Under the pieces are notes generated by a model. The model did not search any database. It saw nothing but the letters and a program-made list of their open reading frames with translations, and was not told the origin of the DNA. A program made the translations under genes and the position numbers. From positions 405,604-443,500 of the forward strand of contig PS015028.1 of NCBI GenBank assembly GCA_048213135.1: 37,897 nucleotides of DNA. Reading direction: 5' to 3'. The first letter of the stretch is position 1; each line of letters begins with the position of its first letter. Below, in pieces: positions 23,579 to 35,600 of the stretch. The stretch is from Reclinomonas americana ATCC 50394. Lineage: Eukaryota.

Positions 23579-26500
23579 ATCTCGCTTGCTTTCCTTCTCA
23601 TGACGTTATTCTCCGTTGCCCTCCTTCATCTTCCCTCCTTCATATTTCCCCTCCTTCGCCCCTCCTTCCCCCTTTTGCGCAGGTCCCCGCACTCCCCTCG
23701 ATGCTTTGCATTGGCGACGTGGACCTGGTCCCGCTGCTCCGCGCCGTGTGCACCATGCAGGAGACGACGACGACGTTTGAGATTTCCGCGCACCAGTTTT
23801 CGTCGCTGCTGGTGGCCGACACGATGAAGCGAGGTTGGCCGCCATTCATTTCCCCCTGTTCTTCTCCCTCGTCTTCCCAGCGCTCACTGCTCGGGTTCTT
23901 TCTTATGTACAGCCTTGACTGCGATGGCGCACAGCCGCGCCAACGAGACCGCCTTCCGCACGTTCACCGAGCGGTGCTTGGAGTTGACGCCGGCCTCGCT
24001 GGACATGCAACTGTTGACGCTGCGCGACGTCTGGCGACGCCTGAGCGAGTGTGGTTTGTAGATACTGATTGCGGTGCCGGTTAATGCCATCGTGTTTCTC
24101 ATTTTTGCGTCGTGCAGGATCCGGTGCACAGAGCGCCTTTGACGTGCTGCTGTTCAACATGGTCATCATGTGCCTCACGCTGCACATTCGCGAGTTGAAC
24201 AAGAGCACACAAATGTCGGCGCCGCCACCAGGTGATTTTGTTGTACATGTGCTGTACCTTGCTTGATAAGTGTCGTAATGGCCGAATGCTCGTGCAGGCT
24301 TGTACACGGCTGACGGAGTCCGCAACCTGCGCGACTTGGTGCTTGACATTTTGCGCTTCTCCAACTCGTCGATTCGCGAGTCACTGCTGTGGGATTCCAT
24401 GCCGCGACTGTGCGACTTGCTCAGCGAGGGTTTCAAGCTGTTCTGGTCGTCGTTTGAGGAGCGCACGAGTTTCATTTTGGGTGTCATTTCCGAGGTACGG
24501 GTCGCGTGCATATGTCGCCACTTTCTTCCCTCCATATCTCACCAGCAATCACCTGTGCAGGGCCGCATGCGCTTCCCGCTGCACCACTCGTCGCTGCTGG
24601 CCGTGGTCATCAAGTTCCTCAACGCCTCCGACGACGCGGAGAGCCTGCTGGGTGCCGGTGGCGGTGCCTCGTCGCTCCTCCTGCGAGTTGGCGACACCAT
24701 TGTGGACTCGATGCTCGACAAGATCCGCCAGATCCAAGATCGCGGTGCGCAGTCGTGCTCCTCGTGTGTGCGTGCCACGTTGTGGTCACTGAATTGTTTT
24801 GTCTGCGTCGCAGGATCGTACGACGCCGAGCCGGCGGGTGCTTCCATGGACGGGTTTGTGGCCATTATCGTCAAGGACATGCTCCTCCGTCTGCGCGACT
24901 TGCTGCAAAAGGTGACTGTCGGTGTCTGATTGCCCGTTTATGTTGCCCTGATGCTCACCGTCACTTTTTTCTGCCTGCAGAGCCCGCCGACTGCACAGCT
25001 GCAAGTCTGCTCAACGTACTCGCTGCAGCGCACCGCAGAGGGTGACATCAAGGTCATTTCCTCGTCGCCAGCCTCGCTGGCCAAGTTCCACTTGACCGCG
25101 GGCGAGCCAGTGCGGGTGTGTGTGTCTGCTTTCAGTCTCTTTCTCATTTCTCCATTCGCCTGCTGACCGCCGACGATTGAACAGGTCCGCAAGCACAACA
25201 AGCGAGCCACTCTGGTCGGTGTGTGCGACGACATTCTGTGGATTCAGTACAGTGGCGAGGAGCATGTGTCGCCGATTTTGGATCCTTCGGAGATTGTCAG
25301 CCTGAAGGTGACGTGGTGTCCATATCTCACAGTTAGTGATGTGAAATCAGTGTCGCCCTGACTTGGTGCCGTGCAGGAGATTCGCAAGCCCGGCGTTGCT
25401 GCCGTGCCCGGCGAAGTCACCGAACTCGGTCTCTTCAAGTACCCGACACGCAGCAAGGCGCTGCAGGAGTTCGACATTTCGCCGCAGGCCATTGAGCCGT
25501 TTGGCTTTAAGCATGGCCAGCGTGTGAAGGTGTGCGGATCGTGTATTTTTCTGTCCTCTCTCTCTCTGTCCTCAATTCCGCCGTTTTCGCAGACGCCTTC
25601 CGGCTCCGTGTCGACGGTCATTGGCGTGCACAAGACACACTTGTGGTTCCACGTCGACGGAGAGGCCGGTGCTTCGTACTGGGCGTCGCTCAAGTCACCC
25701 GCGGACTTTGCCAGTCGCGGATTCGTGTTGGTCGAGGTGTGGTTTGTGGGAGTCGCAGAGTGTGTTCTTGGCTTCTCAATCACATTCTTTTCCACCGGGT
25801 GCAGCAGGCTGCCGCGGCCGCCGGTGAGGCAGGCGAGGCATCGTCGTCGTCAGCGGCAGCTGATGCCGCCGCGCCAACTTCTCCCGATGCCGCATCGTCG
25901 CCCATGGATACGGAGAAGAGCGACTGGAACCCCTACGTGGAGCCGCAAGAGTTCTTTGTGCGCGTGCTGGGCATCGTGAGCCACGTTCTCCGTCGTCTTG
26001 CCGATGCCACTGCGGCGCGACAGGCCTCGATTGGCAGTGGTGCCGGGTCGACTCAAGAGGTAAGTGCGACACTTTGCACAATTTCAATTGTGCGGGTGTG
26101 CTAATCCTGTTGTTTCTTGTGCACTCGGCAGCTGGAGCGCCTGCAAAGCGCCGTTTCAGCCATGCTGCGCGACTCACAGTTGTTGCACACGACGATGCAC
26201 GGCTTTATCAACTTTTTGTCGATCCAGGCCAGTCATCTGACCATGGATTTCTTGAAGCAGGTTCCGCACTGCTTGTTGTTCCTTGCCGCGGTTGACTGTT
26301 TCCTCTCCTCAACGCCACCTCTCTTTTGCGTGACAGTTTGTGCCGCACCTGTACTCGTTGCAACACGACTTGAAGGCGCTGCTCGACGCTCTGTACTCGT
26401 CACCCGATGGTGACTGGTGGCAGCAGCAGTCGGCGGCATCGTACACGCGCCCAGTGCTGGTCGAGACGCCGCATCCGTACCCCATGGCCTACACTGACAC

Positions 26501-29500
26501 TTTCAAGGTCCTCTTCGAGTGCACCCTTGCTTGTTCTCGTTCTCTCTCACTCACTCCTTGTCTCTCGCCGACAGGTGCACATTCCCAAGGCCTCGTTCCT
26601 GGAAGTGCGCTTCGATCCGCACTGTGTGACCATGGACGCCAACGATTTCCTGGTCATGTACTCGGACGTGGACAAGAAGCAGTTGGTGCTGCCGACTCTG
26701 TGGGGCGACATGTTCTCGCAGTCATTCCTGGTCCCCGGCGACACTATTGTGCGTCTGCCATGTTTATCACTCTCTCTTCCTGCCGCCTGCTGTTATCTCA
26801 CAGATTATCCTTTTCCCTTCCTTCCTTCCCGCTTCCCGCCCCAGGTGTTCGACTTCCACGCCGCGAGTGTGGACGAGGACTCGCGCAAGCGCTGGGGCTT
26901 CCGTGCGCACGTGACGGGTCACACTTCGGGCTCGCCACCGCCGCTGCTGGAGATGTACCGCGACCTGATTTCCCTGTGTTCCATTGTGGCCAGTCGCATG
27001 ATTGCCGGCGTGCCGTCGACCTACAACCTCGACAACGTCTTCAACACGGAAGTGTTTGAGGGCGGCTTGGAGGCACGCAATCTCGGCGAGACGCTGAGCC
27101 GCTCCGTGTTTGATTTCCAGAATGGCAATGGTTTGACTGGCGACATGGCACACTTCCCATCATCATCATGCGCGTAGTTTTTCACTTTTCTCCCTTCCAC
27201 GTCGCACAGCCGTGTCGGTAGAGATTCACGGCGAAGCCGGTGGCTCCTCCATCAACGACGAGCAGTTCCACTTCCTCAAGGATCTGGTGGCGGCCAGTGC
27301 GCCACGCCCGCCAGCTACCGGGGAGGATGGCTCCGTGCCCATCGAAGAGTCTGCCTCGAGCTACTTGCTGGCCAAGCTCATGGACATTGCCGGTGCGGAT
27401 TGATTGCCGTCCTCTGTTGGTGGTCTCCTTCTCTCACTCACACAGTCTAATATGTGCGCGGCTTCACAGAGGAGACGTGCCAAAAGGAACTGCAGGAGGC
27501 GCTGGCGACGAACGAGGTGCCGGAGCTGAGCCCGCAAACGCACGACTTGATGGAGCTGCTGCGCCGATGCGCGTTTGCCGGCTTGCTGAAGATTCACGAC
27601 GGCGGTCTGGAGGCGGCCATTGACTACGCCGCACACCTGATGACGCACCACGGCCATGCGCACGGCGACGAGCAGCAACCAGAACTGATTCGTCTGTGGG
27701 TGATTGCCAGCTCAGCGCGCGTGTGGGCCGTTGTCGATGCCGTGCAGCGCATCAAAGCGGAGGCGGACAAGGTATGCGGGTGTGACATTCCCTGGCACGC
27801 TTGCGGTCTCCCTTCTCACCTCCCATTGTGTAGGCCGAGTCGGATGTGGCCAAGGCCGCACTGCGCAGCAGCGAGAACTGGAGTGTGGTGCTCGGCACCA
27901 TTCTCAACGCCGACATTCGCAAGGCCGTCTTCTCGCTGGCGTTCCGCTCGCCCAAGGCCGACTCGAACCGCCTGGCCGACAAGGTCGACGACTATCTTGT
28001 CAGCCCGGTGTCGCCGCTGCCGCGCAACCCGTTCATGCCGCCCACTCCGGCTTTCGAATTGGGCGCGCAGTCGTCCAATCCGTTCCTCGATGAAGGTCTG
28101 TGCGAGAAGAAGAGAAAAAGGAAGTGGTGCGAAAAATCACTCACTCTTCCCTCGTGTTTGCGCGCAGCGTATGGCGGCGGTGAGCCGAGTGCGTCGGGAA
28201 GCAGCGACAAGTCACCGTCGGTTGACGGACTTGAGCGCACCTCGTCACTCGAACCGCCGAGTGGCGCGTACTCGGAGGTGTGGAAGCTGTGGCGTCACAA
28301 GGCGATGGCGGAGCGTGAGGCGCCGGAGAGTATCGGGTGGCGCGAGTTGGTGCGCCGGCACCACGAAGCCGAGGCGCTGTCGTCGGCGTTCTTGCGCTAC
28401 ATTCGACAGCCGTCCACGTTTTTCTCCACCGGTTTGGGTGCCACGGCTGAGAGTGTTGCATCGAGGAATCTCGAGGTTCGTGGAAGGGAAGGGGGTAGAG
28501 GGGAAAGGGGGCGGAGAAGGGAAGGGGATGGAGGTTAGGGAAAGGAGGAATGGTGCGACGTAGGGGAGAAGGGAGAGAGGCGTGTAGTTCGCTGCCGTGA
28601 GTTATGTTGTCATAGATTGCAGAGTGGGGAGAAACAAAATGCGAGATTTAGCGCGACGGCAGGAGAGAAGGATTGAAAAACGAGGCAGGTCGCTCCCAGT
28701 TTTGAGTTCGATTGTAAGGGACGAGTGACAGAAGACAGGAGAAGTGGGAAGAGTTTGACTGGCTGTCCACGTCATCCATAAGGATTGACAAATGTCGTGC
28801 CTGGTTGTTTTCTCGTCAACAACTCATTCTGTTGAGGGTTAAGTGCAAGACACGACGAGATTGAGCTGGATAAGATCTCAGCAAAGAAGTCGCAAGCGTG
28901 AAAGGAGAGAGCATTCACGTTGGAAAGAAAGTGAGACACGTGTAGGAAGAGATATGAGAGAAACAAATGCCAGACATCGTGTGCTATGATTTCGCGCGTC
29001 ACTCTTCTCTCCGCTCATCTCGCCTCTCCCCCGCCCACAGGAGCTGATGAAGCAACCCATCAACGAGGCTCTCTACACTCTTGTCCGCGAACGTCGCGAC
29101 AACGCCGTGATGCGCCTGCAGGGCTACAAGCTGCTGTGCTCCGTGCTGGAGGACTGCGCTGTCGACGGCGAGAGTGAGCACACGGTCATGTACCACTACG
29201 TGCGTGCGATTCACGACGAGAAGAAGGCCGCCGATGATCAGATGAAGGGCGTGCTGGCCGGCGACGATGCGTGGGCCTACCTCAACGTGGCGCCGTTCAG
29301 CAAGCACTTTTTGGAGGATTTGTGGGGTTGCGGCCGTGTGCTGTCGGAGTTGATTGAGAACGAAGTCTCGCGGCTCTACACCAATGTGGTGGGCGTGCTG
29401 AAAGCCACGGTTACCACGTCGCCCCAGCCGACGGAGGAGGATGCGTTGCGTAGAAAAAGGGGGGGGGGGGAGGGTTATTGAGAAGGAAAGGAAGATGAAG

Positions 29501-29538
29501 GGAAATAGGAAACACACACAGAGAGAGAGAGAGAGAGA

Positions 29539-29623
<85 letters not shown>

Positions 29624-32600
29624 GAACGGAAGGGCGTGTGTGATTGCGCGCGACCGAGATTTTTTGTTTGATTGAGAGGATGTGGAGAAGAAGATGGGGG
29701 CTTGAGGAGAAATGACAGAGAGAGCTGTAACTTGTTGATCAGAAGCCTGGCGATTGGAAGACAGGGATGAGAGGGAAATAATGAGCAGAGAAGGTAGAGA
29801 GAGGTTCGAGCGGGAAAGGAGGCAAAGAAGGAGAAATGACGAGGTGAAGAACAGAAACTGGGATTGCAAGCAGTAGACTTGAAGGGAACGCAAGGGGAAA
29901 GAAACAGGACCGAGCGAATAGACGAATTCGGGAATTGAGACTGGGAGAGCGAGGGTGGCAATGTGAGCAGAGAGACAGCGAGAGACTCGGACTCTGATTT
30001 CTCTCTCAGATCTTCTTCCTCTCACCCCCTTCACTCGTCTGTTTTGCCTTCATCTCTCTCTCTCTCTCTCNNNNNNNNNNNNNNNNNNNNNNNNNNNNNN
30101 NNNNNNNNNNNNNNNNNNNNNNNNNNNNNNNNNNNNNNNNNNNNNNNNNNNNNNNNNNNNNNNNNNNNNNNNNNNNNNNNNNNNNNNNNNNNNNNNNNNN
30201 NNNNNNNNNNNNNNNNNNNNNNNNNNNNNNNNNNNNNNNNNNNNNNNNNNNNNNNNNNNNNNNNNNNNNNNNNNNNNNNNNNNNNNNNNNNNNNNNNNNN
30301 NNNNNNNNNNNNNNNNNNNNNNNNNNNNNNNNNNNNNNNNNNNNNNNNNNNNNNNNNNNNNNNNNNNNNNNNNNNNNNNNNNNNNNNNNNNNNNNCCACC
30401 ACGTTTTCTCTTGTTGCCACCAATCTCTCACTTGTCTCTCCCCTTCCCCATTCTCTCTTCTCTCTCTCTCTCCCTCTCTCCTCTCTCTCCCTCTTGTTGC
30501 CACCAATCTCTCGCTTCTCTCTCTCCTTCTCCAGTCTCTCTTCTCTCTTCTCTCTCGCTCTCTCTCTCCCCTTCTCTCTGCCTCTCTCCCTCTTGTCTCT
30601 CTTGTTTCCACCAACCTTCCTTCTGGCGCTGAGCACGCACAGCAGCCACATGCTCGTCCACCTCGCGCAGCACCATGCCGAATAGCTGCTGCTGCAAATC
30701 GTTCAGGCGGCGAGGCACTGGTCCACCATCCGACGCCGATCCCGCCGCTCCGGACGGACCACGACTGGCGCCGACTGGCGACTGCGCCGAGGCCGGCAGC
30801 TCATCGCGTCCCTCGTCGTCCTCAAACATGAGGCCAAACATGACGCGCTGCACGTCGCCAAGACCGCCACTACCATCGCGCAGTGCGGCCAGCTTGAGAC
30901 TGGCACGGCCAGAGCCCTTGCCACCCAGCGACTGCTCGGCCAAATAGTTGAACGTGTGCAGGGCAAATGTCTGCACCTGCTGCCGCATCAACTTGACCGA
31001 CTGTTGCGGCTCCACATCCTCGTAGCGATAGACGCGCAGCTGACGGACACGCGGCTGATTGGCCGGCGCAGCGAGATTCACCAGCAACTCGGCGCCCTCG
31101 TCACCGGCGGCCAGCGCCACCGGCAGTTTCACCCAGCCCGTGAAGCTGGCACCGGTCCACGTAAACAACGTGTTGCCGCGCAGATCCAACTTGGCGCGAT
31201 TCGGGGCCGCCTGAGCGTCGCGCAGGTGGTCCACCAGCAGAGCAATCTCGTGGATCTACACGACAACAAACACACGCGGTGAGGTAAACGGCGAGGGTAT
31301 GAGAGCGTGGGAGACTACACACCGGCGAGTGCCCGGCGCCAATGCGGCGCATGACAATCGGTGACCACTCGGTCGCCGCCTGTCGCTGCCAGTACGAGTT
31401 GGGGTTGTGGTCGACCAGATTGCGCGCCTGGTCGACGGCATCCGGCACGGTAATGTCGAACTCCTCAGTGACACGAACGGGGACCGAGTGCATCACGTGC
31501 GGCAGGGTGCTCGCGTCAATGCCGCACATCAGGGTGCTCGACTTGGAGGGGTCCTACGACAATATGTGTGCGCGCTTAGTAAAGAAACGAGACGTCGATG
31601 GTATGGACAGCAGCGAACCTTGAATGCATCCAACAACTCGCTGCGTCGGCTCATCAGCTTGCGCACCACGGGGAACACGCGCAGGCGGTTCAACATGTTG
31701 TGATCGCGCAAGCGGAATGACACGCATAGACTGCGCAGGCACAGGGCCACCAGGGAGGAATCGAGCGGGCGCGTCGGCTCCGCATTGGCCACGCCGGAGC
31801 CCGAGGCGCCGGTGCTGTGCGGAGGACAGGGAACATGTGAGGAAGAGAGAAGGTGAGAGGAGAAGGTGAGACGAGGGCGCGACAAAGGGAAACGAGATGC
31901 GAAAGTGACTAAAAAGAGTAACGAGACGGGAACGTGCCAGAGAAGNNNNNNNNNNNNNNNNNNNNNNNNNNNNNNNNNNNNNNNNNNNNNNNNNNNNNNN
32001 NNNNNNNNNNNNNNNNNNNNNNNNNNNNNNNNNNNNNNNNNNNNNNNNNNNNNNNNNNNNNNNNNNNNNNNNNNNNNNNNNNNNNNNNNNNNNNNNNNNN
32101 NNNNNNNNNNNNNNNNNNNNNNNNNNNNNNNNNNNNNNNNNNNNNNNNNNNNNNNNNNNNNNNNNNNNNNNNNNNNNNNNNNNNNNNNNNNNNNNNNNNN
32201 NNNNNNNNNNNNNNNNNNNNNNNNNNNNNNNNNNNNNNNNNNNNNNNNNNNNNNNNNNNNNNNNNNNNNNNNNNNNNNNNNNNNNNNNNNNNNNNNNNNN
32301 NNNNNNNNNNNNNNNNNNNNNNNNNNNNNNNNNNNNNNNNNNNNCTCTTGGTAGCTCATCCTTGTTTTTTCTCGCTTGGCGCAGCTGCGGAAAAGGAGCG
32401 CGCCGAAGCTGCCTTGCATGCCGCCGAAGCGGCGGTGGTGGAGGCACCTGCAGCTGCGGAGGAGGAGGAGGAAGAAAAGCCGCCTGTCAAGTCGGCCGAG
32501 GACATCCTGGTGGAGCGTGTGGCGGCGGCGCAGCAGTTGCAGACCGAGCTGGACATGGATCTCAATTTGTGTGTGTGCCTGCTGCTTAACAGTCGCGACG

Positions 32601-35600
32601 ATGTGGCGTTGGTGAGTCGGGATGAGATGCACAGCGCCTGGTTTTGTCTCCACTTCCAAACTCACTCCTCTCCTCAATAGGCTCGCGACCGTTTGCGCCG
32701 CGTGCACCGCCTCAGTCAGGAGCACGGCATGGGCGTCGACAAGGTGCTCCGACTGGTCGGTCGCGCCATGGCTGCGCATGCTGACGAGGAGGGCGAGGAT
32801 GATCCCATTTTCAATGCCGGTGTGGTCGACGCCATTGTCTGGCTGCAGTGCGCCGAGGTGCTCATGCAGGCCGGCTTTGACGCGAATCTGGCGTGCGCCG
32901 CCGCCGCCGAGTGCAAGGGTGGCATTGAGCAGGCCTTCGAGGCGGTGCTGGTGCAGAACCAGGCGGTGGCGAGTTTGGCCAGCGAGTTGGAGATTCAGCA
33001 GACGCGGGAGTTGTCGGAGGAGATGTTCTTCCCGCAGCCGGCGGCGGAGTCGGATCAGGCGAGTCTCGATGCGCTGATTGCCGATGGGTATTGCCAGGCG
33101 TTGGTGGACAAGGCGTTTGAGGTGAGGGAAGGGGTAAAGGGGGAAAGGGGGAAGGGGGTAAAGGGGGAAGGGGGAAGGGGGTGCAGGGAAAGAGAAGAGA
33201 AAGAGAGGGTGTTTGTGTTGATTTTGTCATTGTGTGCAGTGTTGTAGCGGGTGTGTGTATATGTGTGTGCGAGTGATAGACAGCGTATGAGATTCTAGCT
33301 ACCGTCATCTTCATTGTCACGAATCCCCTCCTGTCTGTGAACTCTTTCTGTGTTTGTACGAGTGAGGAAATGAGTGAGCGCGTGTGGTTTGTGTTTGTTT
33401 GTGTTCGTGTAGGTAGTCTGCTGAGACTCAATTCCTGCATCTTCATTCTCTCGACTCTCCACTTTCATCAGATTCATCGTTGTACTTCCTCCATGGAGGT
33501 TGAGTGATTTTCTTGTCAAACGTGCTCGCTCTCTCTCTCTCTGTCAATTTGTGTATGTGTGTTGGGGGAGTTCTGCGGGCGAGAGAAGAGAGAGAGAGCG
33601 CGCGTGTGAGTTTATCTCTTTCACTTCAATTCTCATTTCTCCTCTTTCTTGAACTCATTGCTGTGTTTCCACAACGATGCTTGTGTGCAGTGCTTAATGA
33701 GTGCGTTTGTGAGTGAGAGAGAGCGTTGAGTTATGATGGAATGAGCAGCAAGAGAAATTGCGGTGCAGTTCGGTGCAGTGAGACAACCCAAGATACCTCA
33801 CACGGACGTACAAGCACCTGTGCGGCAGAGCCGATTGTTAACTTTCCTCTATCCCTTTCTTTACGCCTGCCAGATCAACGAGCGCAATGTGGAGCGCACC
33901 GCCCGCTGGCTCGAGGAGGAGGGACTGAAGGGCAAGCACCAGGCGGCACGCATCACCCAGGCGCTGGCCCTCAAGAGCAACCTCGGCTACCCGTTCAACT
34001 TGGCGCTGATCGCTATTATTCAGAGCAACGGCAATGTGGACATGGCCGCCAACGTGCTGATGGAGCAGTACGACGAGTTGATGGGCAAGCTGGCGGAGGA
34101 GAAGGCACGTCTCGAGGACCCGGCGGCGCTGGCCGCCGAAGAGGGTCGCCAACCGGCTGCGCACGCACTGGCGGTGATTGAGGCGGAGAAGTTTGAGGAG
34201 AAGATTGTTGCGTGACAACCCTGTGTCTATATTTGCCAATCCCTTTCACTGACTCGCTCGGCGCGCAGAAATACGAGCACGTGCCGGAGGAGATTGCGAT
34301 CCTGTCGGACGAGGCGTACGACTTTGAGCTGCTGTCGCTGGTGTGCACGGTGGCCGGCACGCGCGCTGGTGCACACTTCCTCGGCAAGAGTCTGCGCATC
34401 AAGACCATCCTCTCCGCGTTCGTGTACGGTCCGTCGGATCGGTGTCAGAGAGTGGCGTTGTTCACGTTGCGCCGTGTGCTGCGCCGCACGCCGGTGGAGA
34501 CCACGCAGACGGCGATGAAGTTCTTCAGAAAGGAGCAAGGTTGGAAAAGGGAGAAGGGTGTAGTGTCACGCCTTCTTTCCCCCCTTTAGTTTTTGATCGT
34601 CTCTATTGCAGGCGACTCGGACATCTCCAGCGAGACGGAGGTGTTTGATTTCCTGCTCGGGTGCGTGGCCAAGGCGTTCGAGGTCGAGGTGAAGGACTTT
34701 AGGCATGATTCGCGCGGTGCGCGACAGGTGAAGCTCGATCGCTGGTCGCCGGTGCTGGACGACGTGGCGGTGAAGAAGGAGGTGGTCGACGAGTTGGTCG
34801 CCAATCTGCGTGTGCTGGTCACGGCGGAGCAGTGGGCGGATCTGGCGCAGCGGGCGCTGGTGCAGCATGTGACGCGCACGGCCATGGCAGCGGCGTCGGA
34901 GGATACGCGGCGTGGTGATCGTGCGCTGGGTCTCGGTGCAGCGGCGGTGGCGGTTGTTGGTGGGTGGACAAGGGGAGAAGGAGGGCAAAAGGGAGAAGGG
35001 AAGGGGAGAAGGAGGAGGGAAAGGGAGAAGGGGGGCGTAAGGGGACGATGCATGATGCGTTGTGTGTGAATGACAGAGATGTACTCTGCGTGTGGCATAC
35101 GTTTAGATGGAGATGTCAGATTGCTGCGACGCATGATGCGTTGTGTGCGAATGACAGAGATGTACACTGCGTGTGGAATACGTTTAGATGGAGATGTCAG
35201 ATTGCTGCGACGCATGATGCGTTGTGTGCGAATGACAGAGATGTACTCTGCGTGTGGCATACGTTTAGATTGAGATGTCAGATTGCTGCGACGCATGATG
35301 CGTTGTGTGTGAATGACAGAGATGTACATTGCGTGTGGCATACGTTTAGATGGAGATGTCAGCTTGTTGTACAGGTTATTGACAACAATAGAATGGTTGT
35401 AGGCACGGACGAGGAGAGGCGTGCGAGAATTGCTCGCTTCTTAGAGAGATCGCGAGCGTCGATTCATGTCAGAGTAATGTTTCTTTGTTTTTCTTGTCAC
35501 ATCTTGTTATCTCTCTAGAGTTTTCCATTCGACACTTTGCATGCTGTGTGGACTCGATTCGTGTCTGTTTTCTCTCTCTCTCTCAGGCTTCTTTCTCTTA

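Noticed and set aside
30428-31814. Independent nested antisense gene inside the giant ligase
   Set aside because: It lacks its own start and stop exons, and its phases and homology fit the host gene when flipped.
35050-35362. CRISPR-like array
   Set aside because: Head-to-tail repeats without unique spacers, in a eukaryotic intron, with no cas genes.
35375-35473. Extra exon VIDNNRMVVG...
   Set aside because: Its exit phase does not fit the next exon, whereas the phase-1 donor at 34960 joins 35715 directly.
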